64,000 bases of DNA. Origin: Longimicrobiales bacterium. GTDB lineage: Bacteria; Gemmatimonadota; Gemmatimonadetes; Longimicrobiales; Gaopeijiaceae. Positions 17,768 to 27,494 of the stretch are shown piece after piece. The stretch covers positions 4,608,001 to 4,672,000 of the forward strand of contig OZ250165.1 of assembly GCA_965238005.1 (NCBI GenBank), given 5' to 3'. The position numbers were made by a program, and so were the translations under genes. The notes beneath the pieces were generated by a model, which saw only the letters and a list, made by a program, of their open reading frames with translations, did not search any database and was not told the DNA's origin. Position 1 is the stretch's first letter, and the number at the start of each line of letters is the position of its first letter.

Positions 17768-20052
17768 ACCAGGCTCCTCATCCGCCGGTAGCCCCACTCG
17801 CCGGCCATGAGACTCAAGAGCAGGATGAGGAGGATCGGCATGTCCCAAAGATCCCGCTCCTCGGTGAGGGTCACGCCGGCACCGGTGAGGCTGGTGTCCT
17901 CCGGAAGCGACGCCACGTTGTCAGGGGTGTAAAACAGCCCTCCCGTCTGCTCGGCGATACGCCTGAGCGTGGTGCCTCGCATGCTCGCGTCGAAGTACTC
18001 GTCGTCGGAGGGGGCCGCGTGGACGTGGGTGAGGGCGGTGCCTAGCGTGTCCGCACCCCGGATGGCCTGCACCGACACCTCGTACAGCCCCGGCTCCGAT
18101 GTCGTAAAGCTGGCTTCGTAACGCCCGTCCTGGTCCACCGCCCAGTCCAGGGGTACGGTGAGAGAGTCCCCGCTCGGGCTCAAGATGGTTGCCACGACCT
18201 TGCCGTCATTGACCTCCATGTAGGCCGAGTCGCTCACTTCCGCGGAGATTCCGACCGCCTGTCGAGGCTCCACGACCTCTCTCGCGCCACGGACCCCGAC
18301 ACGGTGGGGCACGCCGTCGGCCAGCCATCGCAGGAGCTGCCGCCAGAACGTCTCGTGGGTCTGATCCTCCAGGGGCACGTCGGCGTGCATCTGCCAGATC
18401 CACGAGTCCTGAATGGGGAGCACGATAACCTTGCCACGACCGTACCGGTGATACGCCAGGACCACCTGCGTCGTGCGGTCTCCCTCACTACCGCCGGTGA
18501 GGAGGCCGGTGGCCCCGGGCTTGAGGCGTGTGATGGGGTTGAGGGATGAGACCGGAGGCAGCGATTCCCACAACTCCCTGATCTCCTCACCCCCGTCCCC
18601 TCCGAGCTGGGTGGTGGGGTGGGTGAGCCCGGTCCGGGTCGGGCTCACGTAGAGCTCCGAGAAGAAGGGCCGTCCGTCGCTCAGCTCGTCGTCCATGAAC
18701 ACGGGCAGGGCCTCTGCCAGAGGCGTCCCTTCGTAGCCTCCCTCCCGGAAGGAGTTGCGTCCCCCGAGCATGAGGAGCCCTCCACCACGTTGGGACACGA
18801 AGTCCGCGATCATGTTGAGTTGATCGTGCGTGAAAAAGCTCGCCTCGACGCTCCCGAGGATGAGAGCCCGGTAACGGAACAGCTCCTCACGCGTCTTGGG
18901 GAAGCCGGCGGCCAGCTCCTCCGCGTCATCGACGTCGAGCCGAAGGAACTTGCTTTCGGCGGTCCGCTGAAGGACCACCACCTGGAGATTCTCGTCGTCG
19001 GAAACAGCGCGACGGATGAACTTCACCTCCCACCGAGGCTCACCCTCGAAGTAGAGGATCTTCTCCGACTCGTCCACGACGTCCACCAGAACCTCACGGA
19101 CATTGTTTCGAGCCACGCGCTCGCCGGCCTGAATCGGTACCCGGAACTGGAGGAGACGCGGCCCACTCTCGGAGGCCTCGAGGCGGACGCGTGCCACCAC
19201 GGGCTCTCCGTCTCCCTCGAGAGTCACCTCCTCGGAGGCCATGAGCTGCCCCGCGTCTTCCACCACCAGGGGGACGGTTCGTCCCGAGTAACCGCGGTGG
19301 GATATGATCACGTCCACCACCAAGGAGGTCCCCTTGAGCACCGATCGCGGGACCTCGACGCGGCTGACCTGCACGTCGGGAGACAGGGTCTCTTCACCCA
19401 GGCCCACCGTGTAGACCGGTACGTTGGCGGCCTGGAAGGGCAGCAACGATTCCGCCAGCGTCTCCCCCGAGTTGTCGGCGCCGTCGGAGATCACGACGAG
19501 GCCCGAGAGGGGCACGCCCGCCAGCTCTTCCTGCGCGCGGACCATGGCTCCTCCGAGCTGCGTGCTCGTTCCCTGGTAGGTCAGCTCCGACACGTCACTC
19601 AATCGGCTCGACCCCCTGCTGAAGCGGAAGAACCGGAGAGCGAACTTGTCATTGAGCTCGGCGAGGAGCTCACTCCCTTCGGCTCCGAAGGTCCGACGGA
19701 TGAAGTCATTGCGGGGAACGCCGTCGGCGTCCGTGATCTGCATGCTCTGAGAGTCGTCGATGAGAATTCCCACGAAGTTCCGCTGCGGCACGACCGTCGT
19801 GAGGACCAGGATCGGCTGGAAGAGGATGAAGACGAGAAGCGCGATCACCCCGAGTCGAAGAGCGGCCATGACCGCCCGGTCCACGGGTCGGGTGTCGCCC
19901 CGGGCCGCGGCGTAGGTGAGGACCGTCGGGATGGACAGGGCAGCCACAAGGCCGAGAACCACCATGGTGGGCCACGGGGACCCAAAGGCGAAGTCGCCCT
20001 CCTGAAAAAGGAGCAGGCGGTACTTGAACAGGAACTCGAAGATCGCCTGCAT
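17764..20052 (-). CDS. Membrane protein with vWA and glutamine-amidotransferase-like domains
   Basis: DDSQSM MIDAS, ISDGADN, EGEPRWEVKF, GGGLLMLGG, YGRGKV, C-terminal TM ending EWGYRR. Confidence 0.85.
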   Translation of the reverse strand: MQAIFEFLFKYRLLLFQEGDFAFGSPWPTMVVLGLVAALSIPTVLTYAAARGDTRPVDRAVMAALRLGVIALLVFILFQPILVLTTVVPQRNFVGILIDDSQSMQITDADGVPRNDFIRRTFGAEGSELLAELNDKFALRFFRFSRGSSRLSDVSELTYQGTSTQLGGAMVRAQEELAGVPLSGLVVISDGADNSGETLAESLLPFQAANVPVYTVGLGEETLSPDVQVSRVEVPRSVLKGTSLVVDVIISHRGYSGRTVPLVVEDAGQLMASEEVTLEGDGEPVVARVRLEASESGPRLLQFRVPIQAGERVARNNVREVLVDVVDESEKILYFEGEPRWEVKFIRRAVSDDENLQVVVLQRTAESKFLRLDVDDAEELAAGFPKTREELFRYRALILGSVEASFFTHDQLNMIADFVSQRGGGLLMLGGRNSFREGGYEGTPLAEALPVFMDDELSDGRPFFSELYVSPTRTGLTHPTTQLGGDGGEEIRELWESLPPVSSLNPITRLKPGATGLLTGGSEGDRTTQVVLAYHRYGRGKVIVLPIQDSWIWQMHADVPLEDQTHETFWRQLLRWLADGVPHRVGVRGAREVVEPRQAVGISAEVSDSAYMEVNDGKVVATILSPSGDSLTVPLDWAVDQDGRYEASFTTSEPGLYEVSVQAIRGADTLGTALTHVHAAPSDDEYFDASMRGTTLRRIAEQTGGLFYTPDNVASLPEDTSLTGAGVTLTEERDLWDMPILLILLLSLMAGEWGYRRMRSLV

Positions 20053-20074
20053 CAGGTGGCTTCCTCGGTCTTCA

Positions 20075-20962
20075 TCAGTGACTCATGGCGTACACGATCG
20101 AGTTCACGCCCATCTCGTAAGCATACGTCGAATACTTGAGCGGATAATAGGGGTGGTCCGCCCACTCCCAGGCGTCGCCCAGGTCGGTGTTGAAGTTGAT
20201 GAACACCATGAGGCGGCCGCTCTCGTCGTAGATGGCCTTGGCCATGGGGATGATGCCGTCGCGCTCGTGGGTCCGCCCGCCGTATATGCCGTTGTTGGGG
20301 TTGGGGACCTGCATGATCTCCTCGATCTCGTAGAAGGTCGTGAAGATCGGGTGTTCGAGCGATAGGTTTACGATGGGATAGCCGGGCAGCACGAGCTGCA
20401 TCTGGTACTCGAAGTTGGCCCACTCGTAGGATCCCCAGAAGTCGTCGATGACCAGGAACCCACCCGCCATGAGGTAGCTTCGCAACCCCTCGATCTCCGG
20501 TTGCGTGAGGGCCATGTAGCCCACCTCGAGGGCGTAGAGGTAGGGGAAGCGGCGTACCTCGGGATCGTCCAGGCGGACCGGATGCTCCCGCTCGTACGCG
20601 TCCAGGTTGGACAGAAGCCGGTCGATGAACGACAGGAATATCTGGTCGGCCTTGGGATAGTCTGTGCGCCACGAGCCGCGGCGTCCGTAGAATCCGCGCC
20701 CGTATCCGGTGTATGCCACGCGGGAGAAGTAGAACTCCCGCGGGATGCCTTCGGCTTGCGCCGCCGCATCCCCTGGCACGCCGGAGTGCGACAGCCCCAG
20801 GGCCGCCGACACGGCCTCCGACGACAGGAAGCGAGTCTCTCCCGTGGTCCGGTCGATGGGGGATCGTTGAGACAGGTCGGACGACGCGTTAGGAAGTGCG
20901 GGCGGACCCGTTAGGAGCGTGAGCGTGGCCGCACTCATGAGAGACACCAATGCGCGCACCAT
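20075..20962 (-). CDS. DUF4159 domain protein (paralog, first gene of the operon)
   Basis: FYFSRVAY, WRTDYPKAD, GGFLVIDDFWG, NTDLGDAWE, GVNSIVYAMSH. Confidence 0.9.
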   Translation of the reverse strand: MVRALVSLMSAATLTLLTGPPALPNASSDLSQRSPIDRTTGETRFLSSEAVSAALGLSHSGVPGDAAAQAEGIPREFYFSRVAYTGYGRGFYGRRGSWRTDYPKADQIFLSFIDRLLSNLDAYEREHPVRLDDPEVRRFPYLYALEVGYMALTQPEIEGLRSYLMAGGFLVIDDFWGSYEWANFEYQMQLVLPGYPIVNLSLEHPIFTTFYEIEEIMQVPNPNNGIYGGRTHERDGIIPMAKAIYDESGRLMVFINFNTDLGDAWEWADHPYYPLKYSTYAYEMGVNSIVYAMSH

Positions 20963-21205
20963 TCACTCCAATCTCGCCGTTCGACGCTCCCTTCCAGGCC
21001 TCGTTGGCCCAACGCGCGACAGACGGCGTCCAGGCCAGGCCGAGGGGGATGTATCGGTACGTTATGCCCCGGGAAAGGTTCCTCTGAGAAAGCGAGGATC
21101 CTGCCGCCCGGGAAACTGGCGGGAGCGAAGCAAAACACGTAATGGATCCGTAGGGTTCGTCGCGTGAAGCAAGAGTGATGAACTGAAGGCTCTCGAGGCA
21201 TAGCA

Positions 21206-21517
21206 ATGGACCACAGAACCAAGGTCTCGATTCGGGACTTCTGCATCTTCCAGCTCAAGCTGCTGATCGATGGACTCAAGGATGGAGCCGTGTTCACGAT
21301 ATCGTTCGTGGCGTTCGCGGCGGATCTCATCTTCAAGCGTCACGGTGAACGCCGGTTCTTCTACAGGATCATGCGCGTGAGCGAGAGGTTCGACCTGTGG
21401 CTCAACCTGCACGGAGGCGCGCTGCGTGCAGAGTCCGACGAGGACGGGCTGTTCGGGGTCAGCGAGGCCGGGAGCAACACCTTGTTGGGGCAAACCTCGC
21501 TCACCACTGATAGGTAA
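21206..21517 (+). pseudogene. Small hypothetical protein, probably 3'-truncated by the IS
   Basis: Coding-like ORF (FQLKLLIDGLKD...ERFDLWLNL) whose stop lies inside the IS left end. Confidence 0.6.
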
Positions 21518-22977
21518 CGCTTTTCTCACCCCTGATGGGTGACAGTCTCGACCCGTAACGTGGCGCTCCTTCGACACGCTCTTGGAGCTGCCCATGCCAT
21601 GGTTGGAGACCGATCCCATGAACGAACGCAAGCGATTCATCCTCGAGGCCACCGCGAGCCTCTTCTCCCACTCCGAACTCTGCCGACGCTACAACATCAG
21701 CCGCAAGACGGGCTACAAGTGGCTCGAACGATACGAGACCCAAGGACCCGACGGGCTGCTCGACCGCTCCCATCGGCCCCATTGCTGTCCCCACGCTACT
21801 GAGCCCCACATCCTCGAGGCTGCCTTCGAGCTCCGCCGTCGTCGACCCCGGTGGGGAGCTGCCAAGATCCTAGGCCGCCTCCTCGAGGTGCACCCCGACT
21901 GGTCGCTACCCGCGCCCCAGGTCCTGCACAGACACTTCCTGCGCGAGGGCCTGGTCAACAAGCTGCGGCGCCGACGTAAATCCTCTCATCCCGGTCGACC
22001 CACCGCGCCCTTCGATGCGCCCAACTCCATCTGGTCCGCCGACTTCAAGGGGCAGTTCAAGACCCTCGACGGCATCTACTGCTACCCGCTCACCGTCCAG
22101 GATGGCTTCAGCCGCTACCTGCTCGCTTGTCAGGGCCTCTCAGGGACCACCTACGCCGGTTCCAGACGTGTTTTCACCCGCCTCTTCCACGAGTTCGGGA
22201 TCCCCGACCGCATCCGTACCGACAACGGTACTCCCTTTGCCTCCATAGCCTTAGGGCGCCTCTCCAGGCTCTCCGTCTGGTGGATCAAGCTCGGCATCCT
22301 GCCCGATCTCATCGAGCCCGCATCTCCCCAGCAGAACGGCCGCCACGAACGCATGCACAAAGACCTCAAGGCTGAGGCCACCATCCCGCCCGCCGGAAAC
22401 CGATCCGCTCAGCAGAAACGCTTCAATGCCTTCCGCATTGATTTCAACGAGATCCGGCCCCACGAGGCCCACGGCCAGAGGCCGCCCGCCTCCGTCTACG
22501 AGCCCTCAACCCGTCCCTTCCCCAGCAAGCTCTTGACCCCCGACTACCCCGCCCACTTCGAGACCCGTAAGGTCTCCATCAACGGCGGCATCCGATGGCA
22601 CTCCGCCTGGGCCAACGTCTCTCATCTGCTCGGCGGCGAATACATTGGCCTCGAGGAGGTCGCCGACGATGTCTGGGCTGTCTACTTCGGTCCCGTCGCC
22701 CTCGGTTGGCTTCACGTCCGAAAAGCTGCCATCCTCGATCACGATGGCTCCTCGTCCCGTAATCCACGACGCTGAGGCCGCGTGAACTGCCCAGCCCCTC
22801 AGACGTCGACGCGAACCGCTACCTTCGTGGAACTCCGCTCGCTTCTACTCCCCTGCGCTCCGGCGCAGCGGAAGCTTCTGACTCCACCGGTGGAGGTAAC
22901 AAAAAAAACAGCAGCTTACCTGACAAGAACTGTCACCCATCAGGGGTGTGTAACTGTTACCCATCAGGGGTACCGCT
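21498..22977 (+). mobile_element. IS481-family insertion sequence
   Basis: The right end has two copies of AACTGT(C/T)ACCCATCAGGGG, and the left end has two inverted copies (ACCACTGATAGGTAAC, ACCCCTGATGGGTGACAGT). CAAACCT flanks both sides. Exact ends are uncertain. Confidence 0.85.
21594..22775 (+). CDS. IS481-family DDE transposase
   Basis: MPW start, HTH LCRRYNISRKTGYKW, DDE motifs WSADFKG, RTDNG and GRHERMH; uninterrupted ORF. Confidence 0.95.
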   Translation: MPWLETDPMNERKRFILEATASLFSHSELCRRYNISRKTGYKWLERYETQGPDGLLDRSHRPHCCPHATEPHILEAAFELRRRRPRWGAAKILGRLLEVHPDWSLPAPQVLHRHFLREGLVNKLRRRRKSSHPGRPTAPFDAPNSIWSADFKGQFKTLDGIYCYPLTVQDGFSRYLLACQGLSGTTYAGSRRVFTRLFHEFGIPDRIRTDNGTPFASIALGRLSRLSVWWIKLGILPDLIEPASPQQNGRHERMHKDLKAEATIPPAGNRSAQQKRFNAFRIDFNEIRPHEAHGQRPPASVYEPSTRPFPSKLLTPDYPAHFETRKVSINGGIRWHSAWANVSHLLGGEYIGLEEVADDVWAVYFGPVALGWLHVRKAAILDHDGSSSRNPRR

Positions 22978-22979
22978 CA

Positions 22980-23609
22980 AACCTTGGTAGCGGGGACCTC
23001 CAGATCCACTCTGTGTCGCTGACCGGTACAGACGCGGGCGAGTTCGGACTGGAGAGCGGCGGTGGCGCCTCCTTTCTGGTCGCCGGTGCCAGCCAGGACA
23101 TCGTCGTTTTCTTTGATCCGGCTTCCGAGGGTGCCAAGGGAGCAACGCTCCTGATCACGAGCGACGACCCGGACGAGCCCACAGTGAACGTCAACCTCAC
23201 CGGCACAGGCTCGATCTTCCGGTTCCGACAGGTCGACCGGATGGGCATTCCGGCCCTGAACACCGTCTTCAACCACCCTCCCGCGTTCAGCAAGACCGCC
23301 TACAACACGGCCGGTCCCGACGGTGACTTGGCCACCTACACCGGGCTATTCGAGACGGTGCTCGGGGCAGTGGCGAACGCCGATCCGACTGCGACGGCGG
23401 CCCTGCTCCTTCCCGACGAGCTTCCGGTCAGCCTAGGGGCGGCGGTTTCGAACTTCCCGGAGCTCACCGGGAGGAAGCCGGCTGACGACGGTACGGATGT
23501 GGCACTCCAGGTAGTCGTGGGCATCACGGCCCTGCAAAGCGACAACGTGGACGAGAACGATGTGCCGTTCCTCACTTCGTTCCCCTACCTGGCTGCGCCG
23601 AACAACTGA
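22980..23609 (+). pseudogene. 5'-truncated gene: Ig-like (ASH/choice-of-anchor D) domain plus DUF4331-like C-terminus
   Basis: Begins mid-domain (NLGSGDLQI...ITSDDPDEP...LTGTG) at the IS end; QVDRMGIPALNT and FPYLAAP motifs; no native start. Confidence 0.75.
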
Positions 23610-23633
23610 CATGAATGACCAGGGGCTGGACTC

Positions 23634-25007
23634 ATGAAAATCGCGTTGAGCGGTGGCAAGGTGCTCGGGAGGCGGACCGCGGGTCACGCGTGGCTGACCG
23701 GCGCCACACTCGTGATCGGGGCGGCGGTGTGGCTGTTCTCCACGCCACGACATCCGTCGGCGGAGTCCGATCGGTCGGTGACCCCCGAGGTCCTGGCCCA
23801 AGCCCTCTCCAGTGACGTACCCGATCGGCTGACGATGAGCGACGATCTGGACTTCTTTGGGAGGAGGCTCGAGGAGCGGGGGCCAGAGGACGTGCTCGCC
23901 GTCCGGCGCCTCGTATCCGCGAGCCTCCTCCGCTTCCAGACCTACGCGAGGGAGGCCGATTTGGCACGTGCCGAGAAGCATCTGGAGACACTCACGGATC
24001 GGTACCCGGCGTCGTCGAGCCTGTGGGCGACCGTGGCCTCGGCGAGGCTGTCCCGGCATGACTTCTCCGGTGCGGTCCAGGCCGCCGAGCGCTCGGTCCA
24101 GGTCGGTGGCCCCGACGACGCGGGTGCGCGGCTTCGCCTCTTCGACGCCTATCTCGCGACGGGGCGGTACGAGTGGGCCCGCGACCTGCTCAGTCTTCCT
24201 TTCAACCGTGACTCCTTCGCCTACCGGATGCGCGCCGTTCGGCTGCAGGATCGACTCGGCGACGTGGCGGGCGCTCGAGACGGTATGGAGGCCGCCCTGA
24301 CGGTGGCGCGCTCATATGCCCAACCGCCCGCGATCGTGGCGTGGTGCCTCGTCGAGCTCGGGCACCTCGAGCATCACAGCGGACGACCGCATCGAGCAGT
24401 CTCGCGCTATCGGGAGGCGCTGGAGCTCATGCCCGGCAACCCCGCAGCGATCGAGGGGCTGGCCCAAGTGGCGCTGGGCTCGGATCGGGACCCGCGGGCG
24501 GCGGAGGCCCTCTTTCTCAGGGCCCTGGAGAATGGAGCACACCTGGACCTCTACGTGCGCCTGATCGAGATGGCGGAGGGCGCCGGCTGGAGTGAAAGAG
24601 CTGTGAGCTACCGACAGCGGTTTCTCGCCGCCGCGCAGGCGGATGCGTCGACGGAGAGACTCCACCTACGCTCCTTGGCCTTGGTCCTCGGTCGGGAGGA
24701 CGAGACTCTGGACCAGGCCCTTCGATACGCGAGACAGGATCTGGCGAGCCGCCCGACCTCCGAGACATACGCGGTCCTGGGCTGGGTCCTCAGCCGCCTG
24801 GGCCAGACAGGGGATGCGTGGATGTGGATCGAGGCGGCGCAGACCAGGGTCCGGCCAGAGCCCGACGTGGACTATCTTTCCGGGCTCGTCGCGTTGGATG
24901 CGGGGCACGCCGACCGGGGAAGGGAGCTCTTGTCGAGAGCCTTGACCGCGGAAACGGAGATCGGCCCCTTCAAGTCGGAGGCCATCAGGGCCCGTCTGTC
25001 ACGGTAG
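23634..25007 (+). CDS. TPR-repeat protein with N-terminal membrane anchor
   Basis: Ala-rich helical repeats; lies downstream of the DUF4331-like gene. Confidence 0.8.
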   Translation: MKIALSGGKVLGRRTAGHAWLTGATLVIGAAVWLFSTPRHPSAESDRSVTPEVLAQALSSDVPDRLTMSDDLDFFGRRLEERGPEDVLAVRRLVSASLLRFQTYAREADLARAEKHLETLTDRYPASSSLWATVASARLSRHDFSGAVQAAERSVQVGGPDDAGARLRLFDAYLATGRYEWARDLLSLPFNRDSFAYRMRAVRLQDRLGDVAGARDGMEAALTVARSYAQPPAIVAWCLVELGHLEHHSGRPHRAVSRYREALELMPGNPAAIEGLAQVALGSDRDPRAAEALFLRALENGAHLDLYVRLIEMAEGAGWSERAVSYRQRFLAAAQADASTERLHLRSLALVLGREDETLDQALRYARQDLASRPTSETYAVLGWVLSRLGQTGDAWMWIEAAQTRVRPEPDVDYLSGLVALDAGHADRGRELLSRALTAETEIGPFKSEAIRARLSR

Positions 25008-25190
25008 GCTCTTCGGGCGCGCTGTCCATCCGGTGCTTCTCGATGAAGTCACCCGTTCCGGTGGGGAGCGGCAGACGACCCAGAGACGGCCCCGCTCCGC
25101 GTCGAAGGCCAACCGACGACCCACGGGGAAGTGCTCGACCACCTGGTTCCCACCGAGTGGGCGGTTGCAGAACATGCAAGTCGTGTACAT
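24985..25190 (-). pseudogene. Internally deleted hypothetical gene (N-terminal CxxC start joined out of frame to a C-terminal tail)
   Basis: MYTTCMFC...GRRLAFDAERGRLWVVCR breaks off near 25070. Another frame gives LPTGTGDFIEKHR...stop at 24985. Confidence 0.6.
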
Positions 25191-25396
25191 CGCGGGTCCG
25201 AGAGAGAAATGTGGCGATGATCACCTCTACTACGGATCCGGTCGGATGAGTGTTCATCTCGTGTGATGGTGAACGTCGACGGCCGGGACCCAGTCGTACT
25301 TTTTGGGTATCACGAGTCTGGTCGTGATCGTCACGATGGTCGGCAGCTACGTTCCGGCGTGCCGCTCGGCGAGCACCAAGCGATCCGAAGGTCGAG

Positions 25397-25627
25397 ATGA
25401 GCCTGCCCGTAAGAGTGTATACCGAGAAGGATGTCGCCCGCGCCCGAAATAGGGGTCAGCTCGTAGGCTGGCTGCAGGGAGGCGCGGTCGTGATCGCAGG
25501 AGCCATCGTCCTGAACATTCTGGGATGGATTCCGGCGGTTCTGGCGGTCGGAGCTATCGGGTACGGGGCCTACAAGGTATACAAATGGTCGTCGAAGCCA
25601 TCGGCGGAAGGCGCCCCCGACTCCTGA
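25397..25627 (+). CDS. Small membrane protein (76 aa)
   Basis: Two hydrophobic segments, plausible RBS, no overlap with other real genes. Confidence 0.7.
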   Translation: MSLPVRVYTEKDVARARNRGQLVGWLQGGAVVIAGAIVLNILGWIPAVLAVGAIGYGAYKVYKWSSKPSAEGAPDS

Positions 25628-25781
25628 CGCTGTCGGACTGGCGCGACCCTCACTCCCGTCGCAGCGTCCCATCCGGCCCGATGAACCGAGCAGGCCCCTG
25701 GGCGGTCGCAACCTTCCGGGCCCGTCCGTCGTCTAAGGATGTGCAGCTGACTGTATTCGAACGGCCTCTGGAGGATGATGC

Positions 25782-25994
25782 ATGATCGCCGACGCGTTAG
25801 CCCTTTATTTCAACGTTCTCGTCGCTTTCTGGAGTGGGATGGCAAGAGGCGGGGGCCTACGACTGCTCCTCCTCGGCCTCGCCCTATGGTGGTTCTTCTC
25901 CTGTCGAGGCCGCTGGCGCTGCGGTTGTAGCCACTGCGGATGCTGGTGCGGCCGCTGCCGGTGCGATGAGGTTCGGGTCGAGGACGACGACTAG
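25782..25994 (+). CDS. Small membrane-anchored Cys-rich protein (70 aa)
   Basis: GGAGG RBS; hydrophobic N-half; CRGRWRCGCSHCGCWCGRCRC followed by an acidic tail. Confidence 0.65.
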   Translation: MIADALALYFNVLVAFWSGMARGGGLRLLLLGLALWWFFSCRGRWRCGCSHCGCWCGRCRCDEVRVEDDD

Positions 25995-26013
25995 GGGCCT
26001 CCTGTAGAGGCCT

Positions 26014-27402
26014 CTAGTGCACTAGATGTAGCTCCGTCTGACGCCGGAGCACCCACCGCATCTCGCCCTCGGCCGTGACCTCGGCCTCCTCTTCCAGGGC
26101 CATGCGCACCCGCTGGCCGTCCCACTCGGGCACCGGAGTCGTAACCTGGAGCTCGGTGGAGAACCACATGCTCGGAATCACGAACGGGTCACCGCGACCC
26201 GGCACGCCGCTCTGGTAGTCCCACAGACCGATGAGGGGGCCGGCACCGTGACCGTGGTCGCCGATGGGGTGCGTGTACATGGTCCCGTCCAGACCCTCGG
26301 AGCGCATGACGCTCAGGACCGAGGTGAGGATCTCGTTACCCGACCGGCCGACCCTGGTCTCCTCAAGAAGGATGTCCTGGAGACGGTTGGCGTTGGCGAG
26401 CGCCCGCTCGAGGCCCTCCGGGGCCTCGGTCTCCCCTTCCCGAAGTACGTACGCCATGTGCTGCGTATCGGTGGTCATTCCCATGGCAACGATGCCGAAG
26501 TCACAGTGAAGGACGTCGCCGCGAAGGATGACGGGCGCGATCGAGTCGCCCATCTCCACGCCCCGACGCTGGACGGACAACGAGGGCTGGAACCAGGAGC
26601 CCAGGCCCAGATCGTGGACCCGCTGACGCATCCACCATACCACCTCTGCCGTCGTGGTCTTGCCCGGCTCGATGATCACGTCGGAGAAGGCTGTGCCGAT
26701 GATCTCGTGCACGATGGCCTGCATGTGGCGGTAGGTCGGGGTCATGCCGGGAACCCGCATAGCCAGATAGTCGACGGCCAGAAGGGGCTCACGGACCACC
26801 CGTCCGGCTAGATCGGGTCCAAGCGCTTCCTCCATCTGCTCCCACTCACCTGCCGTCAGCCCATCTGCGAAGTTGATGTCGTGGGAGATGTTCAAGGCGA
26901 TCCGCTGGGGATTTCGCTCACGAACCATGCGGGCAAACAGGTCCCACTGGTCCTTCCCCCACAGCTCCGCCGCTCGACCGTCGGCTGCCAACGCAGTGGC
27001 TCGCACAGCCTCGTAGACTCCGCCCTGAGAGTTGCCGCCCAACGCCATGCGCTCGACGCCCTCATCCGGTCCGCGGTCGTAGAAGATGTAGATCGTGCGA
27101 CGGCGTGCCGCGAAGGTGGTCGCCGAGACGAGAGCCCTGAATACCGGGTCCTCGTTGTACTCGCGCATGGCCACGACCCACATGTCCACTCCGTGCTTCC
27201 GCATGAGCATGGGCAGGTTGGTCTCGAGCCGCTCCTGCAACCATACCTGTTGGACCCGGGCCTGTTCACGGAGGGTGCCGAACGGGCGGGCGGAATCGTA
27301 GTCGCGGGCCTGGGCCTGGAGCGGATTCGGCCCGAGAAGGACCAGTGCCAGGACGAGGCCCATGATCGAGGCGCGGGGACCGGGGCTGCGCGAGGTATCC
27401 AT
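26014..27402 (-). CDS. Exported M24 (Xaa-Pro aminopeptidase-like) metallopeptidase
   Basis: GDVLHCDFG, TDTQH, THPIGDHGHGAG, STELQ and LEE pita-bread ligands; signal peptide. Confidence 0.88.
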   Translation of the reverse strand: MDTSRSPGPRASIMGLVLALVLLGPNPLQAQARDYDSARPFGTLREQARVQQVWLQERLETNLPMLMRKHGVDMWVVAMREYNEDPVFRALVSATTFAARRRTIYIFYDRGPDEGVERMALGGNSQGGVYEAVRATALAADGRAAELWGKDQWDLFARMVRERNPQRIALNISHDINFADGLTAGEWEQMEEALGPDLAGRVVREPLLAVDYLAMRVPGMTPTYRHMQAIVHEIIGTAFSDVIIEPGKTTTAEVVWWMRQRVHDLGLGSWFQPSLSVQRRGVEMGDSIAPVILRGDVLHCDFGIVAMGMTTDTQHMAYVLREGETEAPEGLERALANANRLQDILLEETRVGRSGNEILTSVLSVMRSEGLDGTMYTHPIGDHGHGAGPLIGLWDYQSGVPGRGDPFVIPSMWFSTELQVTTPVPEWDGQRVRMALEEEAEVTAEGEMRWVLRRQTELHLVH

Positions 27403-27494
27403 TCGTGTCGTCTCTTCTTGGGAGGCGTTCCAGGATCTGCGTACTTGTTCCGAAGGACGGTCAGTGGGCCCCCGTTGCCGCAAACCCGCCCCTT

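Noticed and set aside
22782..22979. N-terminal part of ORF 22782-23609 as a real protein
   Set aside because: It is translated IS right-end DNA; VTHQG x2 corresponds to the terminal repeat boxes.
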